Source: Spirochaetia bacterium
GTDB taxonomy: Bacteria; Spirochaetota; Leptospiria; Turneriellales; JAOUFE01
Reading direction: 5' to 3'
Assembly: GCA_029857955.1 (NCBI GenBank)
Contig: JAOUFY010000003.1
Span: 21,628-85,627, forward strand
Length of the DNA stretch: 64,000 bases
Below the pieces are notes generated by a model. That model ran no database searches and was not told where the DNA came from. It was given only the letters and a program-made list of their open reading frames with translations. Shown here piece by piece: positions 28,922 to 37,296 of the stretch. Every line of letters starts with the position of its first letter. The stretch's first letter is position 1. Made by a program: the position numbers and the translations under genes.

Positions 28922-29813
28922 GGGTCATCAACCTCACAATTTCATCAAATAATGCAAAAATATTTTCGGTATGAGAGGCAGCTCCAACATCATGCGGAAG
29001 ATAAACCAGTTTTAAACCTAGCTTTTGGGTAATTATTTTTGCCGCGTTATCAGGATGATAAATATCCTGGATAACTATATTTACATGGTTATTTTTAATT
29101 TGTTTTTCAAGATCAATCATATGTTCAGCAGTCGGCGGAATTCCTGGTAGTCTTTCAACCGTAGCAACCGATGAGATTTGAAATCTGTGTAGAAAATAAT
29201 GAAACAAATTATGGTATTGCACTACATTTTGACCTTTTAAAGAAGCCATGGATTTTTCCCAATTTTGAAGATGTTCATTCCATTTTTGTAAAAATATTTT
29301 TAATCCGTGTTCGTAATTTGCGGTATTTGCGGAGTCGAGCTTTATCAATCGGCTGGATATTGCCTTGGCGATTGGTATAACATTATAAGGGTCAAGATGA
29401 AAATGAGGATTTCCTGAAGGATGAACATCTCCCATTTTACGAGATATTTCCTGCGGAATTTCCTGGAGGTCGACATAACGTGACAGGTCAAGAGTTCCAT
29501 CACCGCCAAGTTTTAAATTTTTAGCCTGATTTACCAATGGAGGTATCCAACCAATTTCAAGTTCTGCGCCATTTGTGATCAATAAATCTGCATTTCTAAG
29601 TTTTGCAATGAAAGACGGGCGAGCAGTGATAAAGTGCGGATCCCATTTAGCATTTGCAAGAGATTCGATATCAACTGAATTACCGGCAATTTCCTGTGTA
29701 ATCGAGGCGATATAGGGGTAGGCTGCAATGACTTTTAATTTTTGTGCATGCGTTGATGCCGAAGTTAATGTTACCAGCGTTGCCAGTGTTAATTGAATTA
29801 ATGTTTTTTTCAT
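28914..29813 (-). CDS. Metal ABC transporter substrate-binding protein (TroA/ZnuA cluster-9 family)
   Basis: Signal peptide MKKTLIQLTLATLVTLTSASTHA preceded by AGGAG. WDPHF and GNPHFHLDP metal-site-type motifs. Track ORF extends upstream to 29870. Confidence 0.8.
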   Translation of the reverse strand: MKKTLIQLTLATLVTLTSASTHAQKLKVIAAYPYIASITQEIAGNSVDIESLANAKWDPHFITARPSFIAKLRNADLLITNGAELEIGWIPPLVNQAKNLKLGGDGTLDLSRYVDLQEIPQEISRKMGDVHPSGNPHFHLDPYNVIPIAKAISSRLIKLDSANTANYEHGLKIFLQKWNEHLQNWEKSMASLKGQNVVQYHNLFHYFLHRFQISSVATVERLPGIPPTAEHMIDLEKQIKNNHVNIVIQDIYHPDNAAKIITQKLGLKLVYLPHDVGAASHTENIFALFDEIVRLMTHD

Positions 29814-29826
29814 TTTAGTCTCCTGT

Positions 29827-31092
29827 TTAAAATTTATGAGCGCCATGAGTTCCAATGTTAAAATTGGCATCCATGGTTACCTGGTTGTTGACAACGGGGC
29901 TTAACCCGTTGTACATTGAACGGTCGTGGTTATATTGAAGCCGGAAGCTGCTGAACTCTGACGGCGAAAATTCAATCATTACCGTATAACGCGGAAGATT
30001 CTCCGGAAGATTGTTTTTTTGAGAATTGGCAGTAACATTATTCATTTGCATAAGATCATATCTTATACCGGCTTTCCATTGCTGGGCAAATCGAAAAACA
30101 ATTTGTGAATAAAATCCTGACTGATTTTGAACAAGTTTTGCTGTTGTGCCTGAACTAAAATATTCATCGCCGATTGTATTTCGGTACAAAAACTCGCTTT
30201 GCCATGATAAATATCGATATGAATCTATAAGCCATTTAACCGTTAAATCAGCGGCTAAAAGACGGGATATTCCGTAAACGGCATATCCATCCTGATTAGT
30301 AATTCCGAAATCGATTCGTTTACTTCCCTGTGCTCCTGAAACTCCGAGCAAAATAACCAGATTTTCAATGTCAAAAGAAGATTTTATATAACCGATGTAT
30401 AATTCAGGAAACAAGCCGTTTTCAACGATATGTTTTGCCGCAGGATCTGAAAAACCATTAACTCCAAAACTCATCGGATTATCTCCGGTTAATACCTCAG
30501 CGCCGCCCATCAAATAAAACGAGACAGGTGCAAGCCATGTCAGTTGTGCGCCTTTTTCTTTTAAATGTTCAGCTCCCAAAAACGAAAAATACACCAGCGG
30601 TTGATCGGAAAAATCCCATGAATGAGGATGTTGTTCGTTTAAACGACCAAAGCTGCTGAAAAATTTTCCTGCCTTAAGTTGAATATTAAACGGAAGCGAA
30701 AGAGTTCGAACATAGGCTTCTTCAATTTCAAATGTTGCTTCTGTTAAATGAAAGGCAGTAAATAAATCAAAAAACGGATCTACAGCAGAATACAAAGTAA
30801 GTTCTGCATAATTAAAGTTAAATCCACTTTTTTGATTTAACGTTCCCTGATTATCTCCGCTGACTGTATATCCCGGCAACGCCAGCACATCATATGTCGG
30901 CTGTTTCAGGTCTCTATAAGCTCCTGAAAAATCAGCGTTGAGCGAAATATCAGGAATAAATTTAGAAAATGCAGCAGGTTTTTCTTGCATGTTATTACTG
31001 CCTGTATCCTGCGGCAGCAACACTTCTGTTGAAAATAATATACAGCCTGTAATTACAGCTAAATTTTTAAATAATGAAAAATATAACTTCAT
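29827..31092 (-). CDS. Outer-membrane beta-barrel protein (porin-like)
   Basis: Signal peptide MKLYFSLFKNLAVITGCILFS, alternating amphipathic strands, and a C-terminal ...GAHKF aromatic terminus typical of BAM substrates. Confidence 0.65.
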   Translation of the reverse strand: MKLYFSLFKNLAVITGCILFSTEVLLPQDTGSNNMQEKPAAFSKFIPDISLNADFSGAYRDLKQPTYDVLALPGYTVSGDNQGTLNQKSGFNFNYAELTLYSAVDPFFDLFTAFHLTEATFEIEEAYVRTLSLPFNIQLKAGKFFSSFGRLNEQHPHSWDFSDQPLVYFSFLGAEHLKEKGAQLTWLAPVSFYLMGGAEVLTGDNPMSFGVNGFSDPAAKHIVENGLFPELYIGYIKSSFDIENLVILLGVSGAQGSKRIDFGITNQDGYAVYGISRLLAADLTVKWLIDSYRYLSWQSEFLYRNTIGDEYFSSGTTAKLVQNQSGFYSQIVFRFAQQWKAGIRYDLMQMNNVTANSQKNNLPENLPRYTVMIEFSPSEFSSFRLQYNHDRSMYNGLSPVVNNQVTMDANFNIGTHGAHKF

Positions 31093-31218
31093 AAATAAAT
31101 CTCCTTTAAGTAAATGATGAAAATTATTTAACCTGTAAACGTTCTGTGCCTGGCACAAAATTCATAGGTAAATTTTAAGGGTTGTTAAATGAGAATTCAA
31201 AGCGCCAACGAGCCTTTC

Positions 31219-31524
31219 TCATACCATTACTAAAGGAGGCGCATGCGGCTGATTATTTGTGTAAATAAGCGGATAATTGATTATATTAATTGTATGGAAA
31301 ACAAATATCTCACAAGGAAGTAATTTTTTATTAATTCGTGGAGGACGAGAATCATCAGTAAAATTATTTAAAGAAAAAATGCAGATTTGACAATCTTTAT
31401 GGAGCTTGTTATCACTTTTTATTTTATGATGATTGTGTGAAGCGCTGGAAAATCCGGCAAAAATAAAAACGGCTGCATGGATAAAAAAAATAAATTGTAA
31501 AAATTTATGGATCAATTTATTCAT
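31219..31524 (-). CDS. Small secreted or membrane His/Cys-containing protein
   Basis: 101 aa with an N-terminal hydrophobic segment, then SHNHHKIKSDNKLHKDCQIC. First gene of the same-strand metal-uptake cluster. Confidence 0.45.
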   Translation of the reverse strand: MNKLIHKFLQFIFFIHAAVFIFAGFSSASHNHHKIKSDNKLHKDCQICIFSLNNFTDDSRPPRINKKLLPCEIFVFHTINIINYPLIYTNNQPHAPPLVMV

Positions 31525-31756
31525 TTTAAATTCATTGAATAGAAAAGTACAACAGCGTCAAGTTGAAATTTTCAATGGCCGATAATAAAAATTTAGAAGC
31601 AAGACATCATTTTTAATCCATGCGATCTTGTAAATTTGTGGATTGGCTAGTTCTTGGTAAAATATATTCAATAAATATATTTGAAGATATAAAACCATTT
31701 TATAACATGACATTGGTAGCGGGATTGTATCGAAACTATAAAATAACAGATAAGTT

Positions 31757-33619
31757 ATGAATAATATAAATAAAATATTTATAAATAAAAAAAACATATG
31801 GCTCATTTTTATTATATTTGTATTTAACTTTTCTGTTTTTTCTCAAGAAAGAATCATTGAAAATAAAAACTTGGAAACAAACTATCTTGTTCAAGCTGAT
31901 CCAGATAATGATGTTCAAAAAAAATATACCTATCCTGAAAAAAGGAAAGTTCAAAAAAAAAGACCTGCTGCTGAAAAAAAAAATAAAACGTCTAAACCAA
32001 AGAAAGCATTAAAAAAGTATAAGAAAAATCAAAAAACTCCTCAAAATAAAAAAAAATATAAAAACTACAAATATCCCCAGAAAAGGGTTTATAAAAAAAG
32101 AACAGCTCCATTAAAACCTGCGGTACCTCAAAAAACGGATGCAATTAAAAACAACATTTCACCACAGAAACCTTTGCAGCCGCTTATCAATGATGCAGCA
32201 AATGTTAATCCGGAGAATAAAGAGCCCGACATAAATTCACTACCACAAAATAATTCACCTGAAAAAAATATTGTACCCGAAAATGAAAAAAATTCAGCAG
32301 TTGATAAATCTCAAGAAAATTCAATGCCGGAAACAAATGAAGTTCAAAATAAAAACAATACCGGTGATGAAAAAGTAACTCCTGAAGAAAATAAAGAAAC
32401 TGAACAAGATTTGACTTCCAAAGAAAATAATGATACAAAACAAGATACAATACCCAAAGAAAATTTAAATTCAGATGTCAAAGAAGTTTCCGATAAAGTC
32501 TCGGATAATTATTTAACAGGAGGCTGGTTTGGCGCGCGCAAGGCGATGGTTGATAAAGGTGTAAATTTTGAAATCGTTTATTCCGCGGAAAGCGATTTTA
32601 ACACCATTGGCGGATTATCGCAGGGTTATGTCGTTCTGGGAAATCTGGATCTTACGCTCGATATGGATATGGAAAAGCTGGTGGGTTGGTCAGGAGGTCA
32701 AATATTTGTTTATGGAATTGGCGGTCATGGACAGTCGCCTTCTGCACTTGTCGGCGATTTACAGGCGACCAGCAACATTGAAACCGGAATGAACTACTTT
32801 AAACTTTACCAGTTCTGGCTGCAGCAATCGTTATTTAATAAAAAAATTTCACTGCTGCTTGGATTACATGACTTAAACAGTGAGTTTTACGCTAATGATC
32901 CTGCTGGTCTTTTTTTTAATAGTTCATTTGGAATTGGGGCAGATATGTCTCAGACAGGAGATAATGGGCCTTCCATTTTTCCAAGCACATCGGTTGCTGC
33001 AAGACTAAAGGTTGAGCCCGTAGATGGTTTTTATATCGATTTTGGCGGTTATAATGCCGTTGCCGGCAATCCTTCAAAACCATGGTCTTCCATTTATGAT
33101 TTTACATTTTACGGCGGTTTTTTACTCATTGGAGAAATCGGTTATTATGTTGAAAACAATATTAAAATTGCAGCAGGGAGCTGGTTTTATACAAAACCAG
33201 TGACGGATTTATCCAATGCCAACAATACCGGCTATGGAATTTACCTGTTGTTTGACAAATCAATCGGAGAAAATTTTTCATTATTTGTACGCGCAGGTAT
33301 GGCAAACCCTCTTGTTTACCAGATTGGCTACAATATTGCCGAAGGAATTCATTTGTCAGGAAAAATATGGGCTAGAGATGACGATGAATTTGGAATTGGC
33401 GCAACCACCGTGATCCATACAAAAGCTTTTCAGGATCTTATGAGCACAGCAGGTACGCCGACGGATATACAAGAAACGGCCATTGAATTGACTTACAAGA
33501 TTCAGGCAACCCCCTGGGTTTCGCTTCAACCTGATTTTCAATATGTCGTAAATCCTGGTACAGATCCCGGTGTTGCTGATGCTTTTGTCATTGCCTTGAG
33601 ATCACAGATTTCGTTTTAA
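31757..33619 (+). CDS. OprB-family carbohydrate-selective porin with a long low-complexity N-terminal extension
   Basis: Signal peptide, then about 250 aa rich in Lys/Pro/Asn/Glu. The OprB-type barrel follows, starting LTGGWFGARKAMVDKGVNFEIVYSAE and ending ALRSQISF. Confidence 0.8.
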   Translation: MNNINKIFINKKNIWLIFIIFVFNFSVFSQERIIENKNLETNYLVQADPDNDVQKKYTYPEKRKVQKKRPAAEKKNKTSKPKKALKKYKKNQKTPQNKKKYKNYKYPQKRVYKKRTAPLKPAVPQKTDAIKNNISPQKPLQPLINDAANVNPENKEPDINSLPQNNSPEKNIVPENEKNSAVDKSQENSMPETNEVQNKNNTGDEKVTPEENKETEQDLTSKENNDTKQDTIPKENLNSDVKEVSDKVSDNYLTGGWFGARKAMVDKGVNFEIVYSAESDFNTIGGLSQGYVVLGNLDLTLDMDMEKLVGWSGGQIFVYGIGGHGQSPSALVGDLQATSNIETGMNYFKLYQFWLQQSLFNKKISLLLGLHDLNSEFYANDPAGLFFNSSFGIGADMSQTGDNGPSIFPSTSVAARLKVEPVDGFYIDFGGYNAVAGNPSKPWSSIYDFTFYGGFLLIGEIGYYVENNIKIAAGSWFYTKPVTDLSNANNTGYGIYLLFDKSIGENFSLFVRAGMANPLVYQIGYNIAEGIHLSGKIWARDDDEFGIGATTVIHTKAFQDLMSTAGTPTDIQETAIELTYKIQATPWVSLQPDFQYVVNPGTDPGVADAFVIALRSQISF

Positions 33620-33643
33620 GATTTTTACATCATTTTTTAAACA

Positions 33644-33693
33644 GGGGGCAGTCGCCCCCTCATTCAGGTACATGGTACCTGATGACCCCCGCG
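33644..33693 (+). repeat. GC-rich double-hairpin intergenic repeat, copy B
   Basis: GGGGGC-AGTC-GCCCCC, TCAT spacer, TCAGGTAC-ATG-GTACCTGA, then TGA-CCCCC-GCG. Followed by the palindrome TTTTTTCGAAAAAA. Confidence 0.7.
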
Positions 33694-33758
33694 ATTTTTT
33701 CGAAAAAAGCTGCCAAATTAACAAAATATATGAAAACAGATGACGGTCATAGACAAAA

Positions 33759-34622
33759 ATGAAATTTGGCAATATGAACCAGACTCCGCTTGAAATTCAT
33801 TTACATAAAGCCATATCCGGCAAGGGTTATGCCTTTGTTCCATATTTAGCGGTCGCCGACCCGGATTGGGAGGTATCAAAAAAGCTGGTTTCTTTGTTAA
33901 TAAATTCAGGCGCAGACACCATTGAAATTGGACTTCCTTTTACCGATCCTGTCGCTGACGGCCCGGTGCTTCAAAGGGCTTTTAAAAGGGTTTTATCGCC
34001 GGAGAAGCCTTTAAAATCAAATTCAAAGTTTACCATGGAACGTTTTTTTACATTTTTAACCGACATTCACAAGGCTCATCCTGATTTTCCTTTTCTGGTG
34101 ATGGGCTATGCCAATTTGTTTTATCAAACGGGATTTCAGAAGATATTTTCCAGATTGATCAAACTAAATGTGGTGGGCGTTGTAATACCGGATATTCCTT
34201 TTGAAGAAAAAGATCGTCTGATAAAACGTGAAAATCTTCAGCCCCTGTTATCGAAATTGTCGTGGATTGATTTTATCACGCCCACCACAACCGCAGATCG
34301 TTTAAATAAAATATGCCGGCAGGCTTCCGGATTTTTATATTTTGTATCTACAAAAGGCGTAACCGGTCAGGGCAAAAATGACTTTAGTTTAAAACCCTGG
34401 AAGCCAATTATAGCGCAAGTGCGAAAAAAAACAAAAGTTCCTGTTTTAACGGGGTTTGGAATACGAAGCGCGGCACATGCTCTGGAAGCCATTGAAGCGA
34501 CCGACGGTTTTATCATTGGTTCGCGGATTCATGAAATCATTGAGCAAAATCTCGACATCATCAGCGTTCTGGAAAATCGATTAAAAGACGAATTAAAAAT
34601 AATACTTCCGCAACATTCGTAG
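33759..34622 (+). CDS. trpA: Tryptophan synthase alpha chain (orphan, no adjacent trpB)
   Basis: PYLAVADPDW...ADTIEIGLPFTDPVADGPVLQRA carries the catalytic Glu and Asp. C-terminal GFGI...GFIIGS. Confidence 0.85.
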   Translation: MKFGNMNQTPLEIHLHKAISGKGYAFVPYLAVADPDWEVSKKLVSLLINSGADTIEIGLPFTDPVADGPVLQRAFKRVLSPEKPLKSNSKFTMERFFTFLTDIHKAHPDFPFLVMGYANLFYQTGFQKIFSRLIKLNVVGVVIPDIPFEEKDRLIKRENLQPLLSKLSWIDFITPTTTADRLNKICRQASGFLYFVSTKGVTGQGKNDFSLKPWKPIIAQVRKKTKVPVLTGFGIRSAAHALEAIEATDGFIIGSRIHEIIEQNLDIISVLENRLKDELKIILPQHS

Positions 34623-34751
34623 TTACGAACCATCAAACCATCTCGAATCATTCGGTTGCAGTCGACACAAACGATATTTTGTCTGCCAATAAACCGGCTG
34701 CATGCAAAATTAAAATACTTGATGACATGATTTAAAAGCAAAGTTTGCATC

Positions 34752-36284
34752 ATGGCAGATAAAACAAAAAAATTAAAAACAGAAAAAAAATCCATCGACA
34801 GTTTATTAAAATACCCTTCGCACAACATTGCATTTGGCGCGGGAATCGACAAAAGCGAAAAATCTGAAATTATAATAAAATTTCTTGCATCAGAAAAATC
34901 AGATGACAAGAAAAAAAATGACAGCGAAGCGCCGATATTAAAACAGTTTCCGTTTTTTGCGGCGGGAGCCGGCGAAGTTGTTAAATCAGAAAAAACATGG
35001 TTTGCAGGCGTTGGAGCTCTCGATGATTTAACCGTTGATGTTCTGGGACTTGCTTTGATCAGCATAGCCAAAGACGCCGCCAAAAGTTTTGTCTCGGTTA
35101 CTGTTGACTTTGATGAAAAAATATTAAAAAAAATTGCGGTTGATAAAATTGCCCGTTTGGCAATTACAGCCTTTGGCGTTGCGGCATTTCCGGTTGATTT
35201 CTTGAAAAGCAAGCCTGAATCAGAAGGTATAAAATTAACTTCGGTAAATTTTAACGTTTCCGGCGAAAATAAAAAAATCTGGGATGTTATACAAGAGCCA
35301 TACAGTCGATTGATCAATCACATCAACGGCATGCGTCAGGTACAATCGTTACCGGCAAATTACATCACTCCGGAAACCATGGAAAAAAGAGCCAGGGCAA
35401 TGGCGGCAAAGTTTGGATTGAAAATGAAAGTTTTTAACCGAGCTGAACTTGAAAAAATGAGCGCTAATGGAATTGTTTCTGTCGGCAAAGGATCTGTGAT
35501 ACCCCCGCGAATGATCGTATTGGAATACACGCCATCAAAGTCGGCATCAAAATTAAAAACACTTGCGTTTGTCGGCAAGGGTGTTACTTTTGATACGGGC
35601 GGAATTTCCATAAAACCGTCATCTGATATGCACGAAATGAAATATGACATGTCGGGAGCTGCAGCGAGTATTCACGCCATAGCCGCGGTTGCCGAAATGA
35701 AGTTAAATATAAAGGTGGTTGCTGCCATTGGTCTGGCTGAAAATATGCCAGACGGCGCCGCGATTAAACCGGGGGACGTTTACACTGCCTATAATGGAAA
35801 AACCATTGAAGTGCAAAATACAGATGCCGAAGGTCGTTTAATTCTTGGCGATGTTTTGTCTTATGTTGATAAAAATTATAAACCGGATTTCATGGTAGAT
35901 CTGGCAACATTAACCGGAGCCTGTATGGTCGCTTTGGGCAGTTATTACGCCGGTCTTTTCAGCGATCATGCTTTTTTAAGAGATACGTTATCGCATGTGT
36001 CGGCTAAATCGCTTGAACCAATCTGGCAGCTTCCCATGGGGCCATTATACCTTGCGCAAATGAAATCTGACATTGCCGATTATAACAACATTGGCGATCG
36101 TTGGGGAGGTGCATCCAGCGCGGCAAGTTTTCTGTCTGTATTTGTAGATAAAAGTACCCCATGGGCTCACCTTGACATAGCCGGGATAGCGGATATTAAA
36201 AAAGGGTTTAACGTTTACCCTGCTGTCGCCACAGGATTTGGCGTACGTTTATTGACAGAATTAGCGTTGGAATTAAGTAAGTAA
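34752..36284 (+). CDS. pepA: Leucyl aminopeptidase (M17)
   Basis: VGKGVTFDTGGISIKP and NTDAEGRLILGD signatures. Confidence 0.93.
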   Translation: MADKTKKLKTEKKSIDSLLKYPSHNIAFGAGIDKSEKSEIIIKFLASEKSDDKKKNDSEAPILKQFPFFAAGAGEVVKSEKTWFAGVGALDDLTVDVLGLALISIAKDAAKSFVSVTVDFDEKILKKIAVDKIARLAITAFGVAAFPVDFLKSKPESEGIKLTSVNFNVSGENKKIWDVIQEPYSRLINHINGMRQVQSLPANYITPETMEKRARAMAAKFGLKMKVFNRAELEKMSANGIVSVGKGSVIPPRMIVLEYTPSKSASKLKTLAFVGKGVTFDTGGISIKPSSDMHEMKYDMSGAAASIHAIAAVAEMKLNIKVVAAIGLAENMPDGAAIKPGDVYTAYNGKTIEVQNTDAEGRLILGDVLSYVDKNYKPDFMVDLATLTGACMVALGSYYAGLFSDHAFLRDTLSHVSAKSLEPIWQLPMGPLYLAQMKSDIADYNNIGDRWGGASSAASFLSVFVDKSTPWAHLDIAGIADIKKGFNVYPAVATGFGVRLLTELALELSK

Positions 36285-36298
36285 AAGGACAGGAAAAT

Positions 36299-37165
36299 AT
36301 GAAAAAAGCAAACTTAGCTATTATTGGCGGAACAGGACTATATGATATTGAGGGTTTTAAACTGGTGGAAACCATTTACCCCGACACAGCCTGGGGCAAG
36401 CCTTCAGATGAAATCACCATCTGTGAATGGGACGGCTACCGTGTAGCGTTTTTACCTCGCCACGGTAAAGGTCACTCGATATCTCCGACAAACATTCCTC
36501 AAAAGGCAAATATGGCGGCGCTTAAAATGATCGGCGTTGAAGAAATCATTGCGTTTTCTTCTGTGGGCTCTTTAAAAGAAGAAATTGCGCCTGGAGATTT
36601 TGTATTACCGTCGCAGGTGATCGATCGAACCAGACACAGAGACGACACGTTTTACAATGAAGGAATTGTGGTTCACGTTTCTTTCGGCGACCCTTTTGAC
36701 GCATCTCTGGCTGAATTGCTTTCCGGAGTAATTGTCAAAGAAGGCATTAAACTTCATAAAAATGAAACGTTGATTTGCATGGAAGGACCTTCCTTTTCAA
36801 CACGCGCTGAATCGAAGCTTTATCGAACCTGGGGCGCGGGAATCATCAACATGACGGTTTTACCAGAAGCAAAACTTGCCCGTGAACTGGAAATGTCATA
36901 CCAAATGGTTTGTATGTCGACGGACTACGATTCATGGCGTGAATCGGAAGAAGCGGTTACTGCTGACGAGATCATGAAAACCGTAACTAAAAACACGACG
37001 GGAGCTAAAAAAATCATTCAGGATTCCATGCCGCTATTTATCGCACGCGGTGAAAAACCATCCGCATTTAAAGGCAGTGTAAAATTTGGTATCATGACGG
37101 CTTCTGAAAAAAGACCACGAGATATTCGTAATAAACTAAACTCTTTATTACCAGACTATTTTTAA
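36299..37165 (+). CDS. mtnP: S-methyl-5'-thioadenosine phosphorylase
   Basis: IIGGTGLY...FLPRHGKGHSISPTNIPQKANMAALKMIGV; PNP/MTAP family. Confidence 0.88.
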   Translation: MKKANLAIIGGTGLYDIEGFKLVETIYPDTAWGKPSDEITICEWDGYRVAFLPRHGKGHSISPTNIPQKANMAALKMIGVEEIIAFSSVGSLKEEIAPGDFVLPSQVIDRTRHRDDTFYNEGIVVHVSFGDPFDASLAELLSGVIVKEGIKLHKNETLICMEGPSFSTRAESKLYRTWGAGIINMTVLPEAKLARELEMSYQMVCMSTDYDSWRESEEAVTADEIMKTVTKNTTGAKKIIQDSMPLFIARGEKPSAFKGSVKFGIMTASEKRPRDIRNKLNSLLPDYF

Positions 37166-37182
37166 ACATAGAAGGTTTTTTC

Positions 37183-37239
37183 TTTTTTTTCGGGGTTGTT
37201 TCAATATGTAACGAAGAGCTTCCACAACCCCGGAAAAAA
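37183..37239. terminator. Candidate bidirectional terminator hairpin downstream of mtnP
   Basis: T8-CGGGGTTGT, a 24-nt loop, then ACAACCCCG-G-A6. Flanked by T and A runs. Confidence 0.5.
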
Positions 37240-37296
37240 TCATATATTGGCACACGCAGCAAGTTCGTTTAAAAGCAAATTGAAATGTAGATTCTA

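Noticed and set aside
31145-31157. TGGCAC-containing palindrome considered as a sigma-54 -24/-12 promoter
   Set aside because: On neither strand is a GC (TTGC) element found at the required 10-nt spacing from the GG. I kept it only as a possible operator palindrome.
31558-31954. Two minus-strand ORFs (82 and 72 aa) in the region upstream of and overlapping the OprB-like gene start
   Set aside because: They sit in extremely AT-rich sequence and are Ile/Phe/Asn/Tyr-rich. One overlaps the porin signal-peptide region. Most likely chance ORFs.
33644-33693. Double-hairpin repeat considered as a fluoride (crcB-motif) riboswitch because of the two-hairpin-plus-CCTGATGA-C-rich-tail layout
   Set aside because: The conserved crcB-motif nucleotides, as I recall them (GAUGG in loop 1, with the loop-to-tail pseudoknot), are absent. 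The downstream genes (trpA, cyclase 3' end, aspC) are unrelated to fluoride resistance.
34529-35317. 262-aa minus-strand ORF antisense to the trpA end and the pepA 5' region
   Set aside because: It is low-complexity and Ser/Phe/Ala-rich, and it mirrors the Lys/Glu/Ala-rich pepA N-domain. The pepA frame carries the M17 signatures, so the antisense frame is a shadow ORF.
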